From: an uncultured virus (IMG/VR IMGVR_UViG_3300030382_003857)
Lineage: Duplodnaviria; Heunggongvirae; Uroviricota; Caudoviricetes
Length of the DNA: 64,000 nucleotides
IMG/VR virus record: IMGVR_UViG_3300030382_003857
Direction: 5' to 3' (one strand)
A model generated the notes under the pieces. It was not told the DNA's origin, made no database searches, and saw nothing but the letters and a program-made list of their open reading frames with translations. Shown here piece after piece: positions 58,156-64,000 of this stretch (positions are counted from its first letter, which is position 1; the number at the start of each line of letters is the position of its first letter). The translations under genes were made by a program, and so were the position numbers.

Positions 58156-58200
58156 AATAAAATCCTTTTATTTATATTTTCGTTATAGTCATATTTTACG

Positions 58201-59952
58201 CTACGCAGCTATCTCTGTCCATACCATCGATACATTTGGATCGATTTCTGTCCATATCACTGGATGTAAAGTTCCTGTAGATATTGACATAGTAACCCCA
58301 GTAGGAATTACATCTATTTTTGCTCCCCCGAAGACTGTTCCGACATATGGAGTTAAAGATACTCCTGTTGGGATAACTGTTACGTCTCCAACCATACTTT
58401 CATTACCGAGTGCTATAGTCGCAGATACACCTGTTGCAGAGACCGCAACACCGCCTTCACCCCAGTAACCATATCCCCAAGTTTGTCTACCCCAGCCTAG
58501 ATTAACTTCAGATTCAGCCGTTTCACTACCTAAAGTAGCTGTCATGGCTATACCACTAACTAGAGATCCTGAATTGATTGATTCACCCCAGAAATCATCT
58601 CCCCATTCTCTTCGACCCCATCCAGTATTAACTTCAGCAACTGTAGAAACACTTGCTAAACTTAAACTCATAGATTGGCTGTTTGCTAATGCTTGGCCTT
58701 GAATACCCCAAGCGAATGATCCAAACGTTGATCTACCCCAACCTACATTAATTTCGTTAGTAATTGATGGTGTGCCCAAAGAAGAACTTAAAGCATTTCC
58801 AGTAGCAATTGGTTGAACTTGAGCTCTAACACCCCAAGCATTAGTCCCCCATGTACTTCTACCCCAACCTAAATTAACTTCTGCAGAAATTGTTGGTGTG
58901 CCTAAAGCTGAAGATATAACTTGTCCTGTTGGTGCTGCCGCTTCGTTTGGTGTACCCCAAACTTGGTAGCCCCATTTGTTTCGACCCCAACCTAACATTA
59001 CTTCACCTTCAGCTACAACGTTTGCTAAAGTGGCTGTTAAAGATTGACCATTGGCTAATGCATCGCCAGCAATACCCCATGCGTCGGTATTCCATCCAGC
59101 TCTACCCCAACCTAAATTAACTTCTGCGGAAACAGTCGGTGTTCCAGTTGCTAAAGTTGCTGTTACACCTGATGGTGCTGCCGCTTCATCATTATCGCCC
59201 CAAACTTGATTTCCCCAGTAACCTCTACCCCAACCTAATCCCACAGTGGTAGTAACATTAATTCCAGAATTATTAAGTGTGGCTGTAAGACCTTCTCCAG
59301 TTACATAATGACCAGACATTCCCCAATCTGAGTAACCCCAGGTTTGAGCGCCCCAGCCAACTACTAATTCAGCAGTAACTGAAAGACTAGAATAAACTCG
59401 ACCCCAAACATTATAGCCATACGTTTCATTTCCCCATCCTGGTGGCTGAATTTTTGCTTCTAAAGATTGACCTTCAAGAGTAACTCCATTACTATTTTGT
59501 TCATTCCAGGCTCCATAACCCCAAGCCCCTGCAGCATAAGCATCTGCACTAATGTCCATAACACCACCCATACCGACTCCATGAACCCAACAACCATAGT
59601 AAAAATTAGCTGAGGATGCTGGAGCAATTTCAATATAACGGGTAGTTTTAGAATTGAAAAAAGTTGGGTTGGTATAATTAGATTGAGTAACCGCTCCATC
59701 GGCATAATACGTTACACCTGATGTAATTAATCCAGCTTGAAACGTGGAAAGAGTGGTACTATTGGAAGTCGAAAAAATAATTGGATGACCGTCATTACTT
59801 GAATCACTTTGATCTAATCGTAATGTTGCGGTTGGAATCCAGTTATAAGTATAAGCAACTCGAGAGCTATCAAAAAAATAAACACTCCCCGAGCTACCAC
59901 TAGGATACTGGGCACCGGTTGCTACGGTGACAGTTATGGTACGATCAGCCAT
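58201..59952 (-). CDS. Virion structural protein with N-terminal cupredoxin-like domain and Trp-Gly repeats
   Basis: GHP...YYGCWVHGVGMGG; nine GWGxxx(W/F/Y)(G/N)xxxWG units. Confidence 0.7.
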   Translation of the reverse strand: MADRTITVTVATGAQYPSGSSGSVYFFDSSRVAYTYNWIPTATLRLDQSDSSNDGHPIIFSTSNSTTLSTFQAGLITSGVTYYADGAVTQSNYTNPTFFNSKTTRYIEIAPASSANFYYGCWVHGVGMGGVMDISADAYAAGAWGYGAWNEQNSNGVTLEGQSLEAKIQPPGWGNETYGYNVWGRVYSSLSVTAELVVGWGAQTWGYSDWGMSGHYVTGEGLTATLNNSGINVTTTVGLGWGRGYWGNQVWGDNDEAAAPSGVTATLATGTPTVSAEVNLGWGRAGWNTDAWGIAGDALANGQSLTATLANVVAEGEVMLGWGRNKWGYQVWGTPNEAAAPTGQVISSALGTPTISAEVNLGWGRSTWGTNAWGVRAQVQPIATGNALSSSLGTPSITNEINVGWGRSTFGSFAWGIQGQALANSQSMSLSLASVSTVAEVNTGWGRREWGDDFWGESINSGSLVSGIAMTATLGSETAESEVNLGWGRQTWGYGYWGEGGVAVSATGVSATIALGNESMVGDVTVIPTGVSLTPYVGTVFGGAKIDVIPTGVTMSISTGTLHPVIWTEIDPNVSMVWTEIAA

Positions 59953-59968
59953 AGCAACCTATACCTCC

Positions 59969-60400
59969 TTATGAAATTCTTAAAATCGCCGCCGCTGTTG
60001 TGAACGAAGGGAACTGTACTGTAAAAGTTCCAGACGTCGCTGTTTTATCCGCGCCAAAATCTAATATACATACTGCAGGATCTCCTGAAGCTGTATCATT
60101 ATAAATCATTGCGCCTCTAGCTGTTAGCGTCACACCTGTAAAAGATCTGTTCGCAAAATCAACTATAGCTACTCCACTTGCAACTGACGTTTGTTGGCTA
60201 GCTAATGCTCCACCACCAGACGCATACTGACCAGAAACTGATGCTTGTCCTGTTGTCGTAAACGAAGTTGTGGCTGCACTTAACGTTGCCGTTGAAATAT
60301 ACAGTGCTAGTTTGAAACTATTTCCTCCACTAGCGAAATTATGAGTTCCTCCTAAGAGTTCTTTTTTGAATGAATTACATACTGCTTGACTTATTGCCAT
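59969..60400 (-). CDS. Virion structural protein
   Basis: NSFKKELL.G.HNF, FKLALY, LDFGADK. Confidence 0.7.
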   Translation of the reverse strand: MAISQAVCNSFKKELLGGTHNFASGGNSFKLALYISTATLSAATTSFTTTGQASVSGQYASGGGALASQQTSVASGVAIVDFANRSFTGVTLTARGAMIYNDTASGDPAVCILDFGADKTATSGTFTVQFPSFTTAAAILRIS

Positions 60401-60420
60401 GTTTTTTTTCTCCTATAAAT

Positions 60421-61125
60421 TTATTTAATTCGTGCCGATGGAGATGGGATTGGTAATCTCATAGTTCCATCAGTATACTCACCTCGTCTTCTTCTTCCCA
60501 TTTGTTCTAAAGCAAAGGTTTGTATTTCTTTATTATACTTATCTTCATAGACCTTGTACATAGCCTCGGGGCCTTTGAGGAATGAGTAAGCTTCACACAT
60601 CACTGCATAAAATAAGAGCTCTTGAGCCTTATTACTTAGATAAGTAACCGTCTTTTTATTAGGAACACTTCCCGGATCATTGGAGCTATATAGGTGTTCA
60701 GGGTATTTGATATAGTTAATCTGACAGGTATCAGCAGACGCAGCCAAAGGGGCTATAATGATATACTGATTTCCATCGGATTTATCCCAATTTGCATAAT
60801 ATTTCGGAGTGCCTGTGGCATCCGTACTATTATACTCACTAATAAAACTTAAATCTCTTTTTTGTAAAAATGACCTAACACCACCTGAAGTAATATGTTG
60901 AACGGATCTGACTATCAATAAATCATCAGGCATAAGTACATATCGACTACTTGCTTGAAATGTTGATGTCGCTTGTTTTCGACAATAATCTCCATCGACT
61001 TCTCTATAGATTCTTGCTTCTGAATCTAAAATAAATCCATCAATAATCGAATCAGTTAAAACATTACTATCGACTTCTGTGTAATCTCTAATTTTAGTTA
61101 ATAAAGCTGAATATGAAATTGCCAT
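60421..61125 (-). CDS. Head-tail adaptor-like protein
   Basis: AEARIYRE, GTPKYYA, LLFYA. Confidence 0.6.
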   Translation of the reverse strand: MAISYSALLTKIRDYTEVDSNVLTDSIIDGFILDSEARIYREVDGDYCRKQATSTFQASSRYVLMPDDLLIVRSVQHITSGGVRSFLQKRDLSFISEYNSTDATGTPKYYANWDKSDGNQYIIIAPLAASADTCQINYIKYPEHLYSSNDPGSVPNKKTVTYLSNKAQELLFYAVMCEAYSFLKGPEAMYKVYEDKYNKEIQTFALEQMGRRRRGEYTDGTMRLPIPSPSARIK

Positions 61126-61484
61126 TATGTTATCGCCACCGTTACTGTTCCAAGATATAATCTTGCTAATCTTTTTTTATTTGCTTCATTAGCTGTTTCT
61201 GGAGGAGCCATACTATAGGTTCCACTAGAAGGACTATTTATTGCCCACCATAGTTGTGGTTCTAGACTTGCTATGATTCCACTTTTATGTGAAGGTCTAG
61301 GATGTTGTAATGCAATTGGATCTGCTCCAATATAAGGAGGATCTAATTGTGGTTGCTTAGGTTCATATTCACTAATGTGAACTAAAGCTCCATTCCATTC
61401 CTTTACCATTTCAAGATAAGGAAACTGCATTCCGCTTCGATCGGAAATAGAAAGTGCATATTTACCTGACGCCCATTTAGCCAT
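61125..61484 (-). CDS. Tail-module hypothetical protein
   Basis: ISDRSG..FPY.EM.KEWNG, EPKQPQL. Confidence 0.65.
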   Translation of the reverse strand: MAKWASGKYALSISDRSGMQFPYLEMVKEWNGALVHISEYEPKQPQLDPPYIGADPIALQHPRPSHKSGIIASLEPQLWWAINSPSSGTYSMAPPETANEANKKRLARLYLGTVTVAIT

Positions 61485-62182
61485 TATGATCCTTGTGGGT
61501 AATAAGAAGCTGGAGTAATGTACGCTGATGTACGTTGCCCATCTTCAGTTAATGCTCTAGACATTTCATCTTCATAGAGCTGTTTTAACATTTGTATTCT
61601 TTGTGGAGCATATTTGATTGCTAAGTAATATGCTAGTCCAGCACACATTGCTGGAATGAAACGATAAACCACGTCTGCGGTATTAGTATAAGCTCCAGAA
61701 TCTTCTATTTTTTTAACATAGTAATATTTTAAATGAGTATAGGTACTCGCGTCTGGAGTTAAATATAAAGTAATTTTAGGTGTTGTTAATCTTTCTACAT
61801 AATATTTAGAAGGAGATCCTGTTGCTCCTTTATTTGGCAAAGCAGCATATTCAGATCTAGAAATTTTTGTAATAGATACATCTTGGGTGCTTGATGCGGG
61901 ATCTACAATAGAGGCATTATTAGAAACGTATGCTTCTAAAATATCTGCTGTTGAAGAAGGGCTTGTATAACTTGAAGTTCCACTTGTTAAAGCTTGAGCA
62001 TATAAAGCAACCTTCCATAAATGAACACCTCGATTACCCCATTCAGAAAATAAAATATTTAGACTTCGTCTAGCAGTTCTTAAATCATAACCACTATTGG
62101 TTTGAATCCCACATCTTTCGTAGGCTTCTTCTACAATTTCGTCTATTGCTAAATCGAATGTTGTTGTTCCAGATGTTGCCAT
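61484..62182 (-). CDS. Tail tubular / adaptor protein
   Basis: EEAYERCG, ARRSLN, GLAYYLA. Confidence 0.65.
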   Translation of the reverse strand: MATSGTTTFDLAIDEIVEEAYERCGIQTNSGYDLRTARRSLNILFSEWGNRGVHLWKVALYAQALTSGTSSYTSPSSTADILEAYVSNNASIVDPASSTQDVSITKISRSEYAALPNKGATGSPSKYYVERLTTPKITLYLTPDASTYTHLKYYYVKKIEDSGAYTNTADVVYRFIPAMCAGLAYYLAIKYAPQRIQMLKQLYEDEMSRALTEDGQRTSAYITPASYYPQGS

Positions 62183-62188
62183 AATTCA

Positions 62189-62404
62189 TTATAATAAATC
62201 TTTATCAACATTTTTGCCGATAACGATTTGACCTTCCTTTGCTTTAATCATTTTTCCTTTGCTCCATAATCCAAGACCTTTTCCAACTAGATCAATTCCA
62301 GCTCCGTACCAACCTAAATCACTACCTCGACGAAACCAACCTTTACCCTTAGCAAATGGATTCATATTATACCAAGAATATCCCTTTTTGGCTTTACTAG
62401 CCAT
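62189..62404 (-). CDS. Small basic protein with C-terminal GKNVDKDLL tag
   Basis: Ends AKEGQIVIGKNVDKDLL. Confidence 0.7.
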   Translation of the reverse strand: MASKAKKGYSWYNMNPFAKGKGWFRRGSDLGWYGAGIDLVGKGLGLWSKGKMIKAKEGQIVIGKNVDKDLL

Positions 62405-62835
62405 TACAATAAATCCTTATCAACATTTTTGCCAACAACAATTTCACCACCGGATTTGTATTCTGCTTCCATATCCCTTGGGTTTAATTTTTCAACTGCT
62501 TGTGCAATAATGTAATCCCCCATATTAGCTTTCTTAATTCCACCTTTGTTAGCTTTCTTAACAGATAGCTGAGGTTTCCATCCTGGAGTAAAACCTTGTC
62601 CACCTTTCCCTATAGTTATGCGAGCTTTGTTTTTTGCAAGTTCTTTAGCCAAACTATCTTTCTTACGTAATGTAGCTAATTTTCCTGAATTGAAATGATG
62701 GGTATGAACTTTTTTTGTAATCCATTTTTTTGGTTTCTCTTTTTTTGTAATCCATTTTTTTGGTTTCTCTTTTTTCTCAATCCACTGAATATTCTCAGAG
62801 GTGTTTTTATCTTTTACTGTAATATAATCACTCAT
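62404..62835 (-). CDS. Basic protein with GG motifs and C-terminal GKNVDKDLL tag
   Basis: ANKGGI; ends YKSGGEIVVGKNVDKDLL. Confidence 0.7.
   Translation of the reverse strand: MSDYITVKDKNTSENIQWIEKKEKPKKWITKKEKPKKWITKKVHTHHFNSGKLATLRKKDSLAKELAKNKARITIGKGGQGFTPGWKPQLSVKKANKGGIKKANMGDYIIAQAVEKLNPRDMEAEYKSGGEIVVGKNVDKDLL
62711..62770. repeat. Exact 30-bp tandem duplication encoding KEKPKKWITK
   Basis: 62711-62740 equals 62741-62770; degenerate partial third copy follows. Confidence 0.9.
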
Positions 62836-63248
62836 TTTAACATTCCTTTATAATATTTTCTGTAAGTTGCGTTGGAACCACCAGGGCCACCTGAAATAAA
62901 TTTCCCAAGATAGGCTTGTTGTACTTTACCACCTTGGTTAAATTTTTTAGAAAAATTAAATCCAACATATTTATTTTTCCCAACTTTTGTTGCTTCTACT
63001 CCAACATGGCCTTTGTCACTTTCTCTTATAAGATTTATTCCTATTTCACTATTGATATTTCGTTTATCGATTTTACTAAAGCCTTTGGCAAGACTTGCTC
63101 CTACCGTTGTTTTTCCTTTAGTTAAATTTAAGTCGGCTCGTGGTTTGGTATACCATTCAGTGTCTTCTATACCTATACCTCCACCAATAGTGGTATCACT
63201 CAAAAGTTTCTTCATCACTGAAGATTTTATTTTCTCTTTATCTGCCAT
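62832..63248 (-). CDS. Amphipathic beta-strand protein with GG motif
   Basis: Alternating strands; VGFNFSKKFNQGGKV. Confidence 0.65.
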   Translation of the reverse strand: MADKEKIKSSVMKKLLSDTTIGGGIGIEDTEWYTKPRADLNLTKGKTTVGASLAKGFSKIDKRNINSEIGINLIRESDKGHVGVEATKVGKNKYVGFNFSKKFNQGGKVQQAYLGKFISGGPGGSNATYRKYYKGMLK

Positions 63249-63264
63249 TTAGGGCGCCCCTTGT

Positions 63265-63444
63265 CTATGTTAGTTGATTAGACCTTTTTCGGTTGTACAA
63301 CTTCTTAGATTTTATCACTTTTGGGGAGTATAGTCTAGATTCCAAGAGTTTGGCATAAGGGTCACGTTTCCACTTTTTATCAGTTCGTGCACCTTTTAAT
63401 TTACCATCAATTTCAGCTGGTAATTGAGAACGAGTAATAGCCAT
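63265..63444 (-). CDS. 59-aa basic protein
   Basis: Manual translation MAITRSQLPAEIDGKLKGARTDKKWKRDPYAKLLESRLYSPKVIKSKKLYNRKRSNQLT; TAATG coupling. Confidence 0.7.
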   Translation of the reverse strand: MAITRSQLPAEIDGKLKGARTDKKWKRDPYAKLLESRLYSPKVIKSKKLYNRKRSNQLT

Positions 63445-63941
63445 TATTCAATAACCTCATTTCCCATCTTATCATATTTATATTTCATTTCGGGAAGGCC
63501 ATTCTCGTACGATTTGCCGTCGAAAGTCAGAGCTATTTTTCTATTTGCTCCTTTTTCATTATAACTTACGTGGATCCATCCCGCGTTTTTTAAATGTGGT
63601 TGGTAGAATTCTAAAATGAGCTGATCGTAGTCGCAGTTATCTTTGACCCAATGAGCAACTTTTAAATTATGAATACCAGCAATTTCAAAATCAACCGCCT
63701 GGCCTTTGCAATGTTGACTCGAGTCACTGCTGCCCAATTTACGATTTACCTCCAAGGAACGGAATCCCGAGTTGATTAAAACTGGCTTACCAAACTTGGC
63801 TCGTACGGGTTCTAAAATTTCATAACAAACATTTTCTAAATTCTTAACCTCTCCCGGCCCTGGAATATTAGCTAATCCGTTTCGAGCTGCAACTTGACTT
63901 TTAGTCATTTCTTCTAATGTGAAGTGTTTACTTAGTCTCAT
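63444..63941 (-). CDS. Peptidase M15A-type endolysin
   Basis: LSKHFTLEE, NSGFR, SQH..GQAVD, WIHVSY. Confidence 0.88.
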   Translation of the reverse strand: MRLSKHFTLEEMTKSQVAARNGLANIPGPGEVKNLENVCYEILEPVRAKFGKPVLINSGFRSLEVNRKLGSSDSSQHCKGQAVDFEIAGIHNLKVAHWVKDNCDYDQLILEFYQPHLKNAGWIHVSYNEKGANRKIALTFDGKSYENGLPEMKYKYDKMGNEVIE

Positions 63942-64000
63942 CTTTGTCCTCCCTTATAATTCCCCATGAATTTTCTTTCACTTCATAAAACATTTGGTCA

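Noticed and set aside
257..63252. Numerous 60-170 aa antisense or nested ORFs in the track
   Set aside because: Shadows of well-supported genes, with no motifs or SDs; only 35679-36539 carries independent family motifs
1..64000. Integrase, tRNA, reverse transcriptase/DGR, intron or intein
   Set aside because: No diagnostic motifs seen by eye; polA, terL and the helicases are continuous and of ordinary length; tRNA absence was not checked by software
1..64000. Stop-codon reassignment
   Set aside because: Standard code gives dense full-length genes, and TAA, TGA and TAG all end genes with normal coupling
63930..64000. Terminal repeat or circular join of the window ends
   Set aside because: No sequence overlap between the ends is visible; ORFs run off both edges, so the genome continues beyond the window

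Overview
The window is most of the genome of an AT-rich tailed dsDNA phage with podovirus-type gene order, and nearly all genes lie on the minus strand. The gene set (PolA, AEP primase, SF1 and SF2 helicases, GroES, terL, portal, capsid protein starting MAISRAQL, ejection proteins, M15 endolysin) resembles marine SAR11 phages of the HTVC023P/uvMED type. That assignment is from memory, not a search. Modules: head and packaging (0.3-13.4 kb); a GC-rich, repeat-laden accessory region between terL and terS (13.5-17 kb); small genes, 2OG-Fe(II) oxygenases and a structured intergenic region (17-26 kb); replication and DNA methylation (26.6-37.8 kb); ejection, tail and modification enzymes (38-62 kb); cargo-like proteins and lysin (62-64 kb). 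I saw no integrase, tRNA or CRISPR array. Main observations: (1) unrelated virion-module proteins share a double-glycine motif, and three share a near-identical C-terminal tag, suggesting a capsid-cargo sorting system; (2) a C5-methyltransferase is coded in two overlapping frames; (3) tandem flavin-dependent halogenases, ten 2OG oxygenases and glycosyltransferases occur in a genome with a Trp-Gly repeat virion protein; (4) strand-biased CG-periodic repeats and operator-bearing promoters organise the accessory region; (5) tandem NrdR-like boxes lie upstream of terL; (6) several micro-ORFs are missing from the ORF track (metallothionein-like, poly-Lys, ArfA-like).
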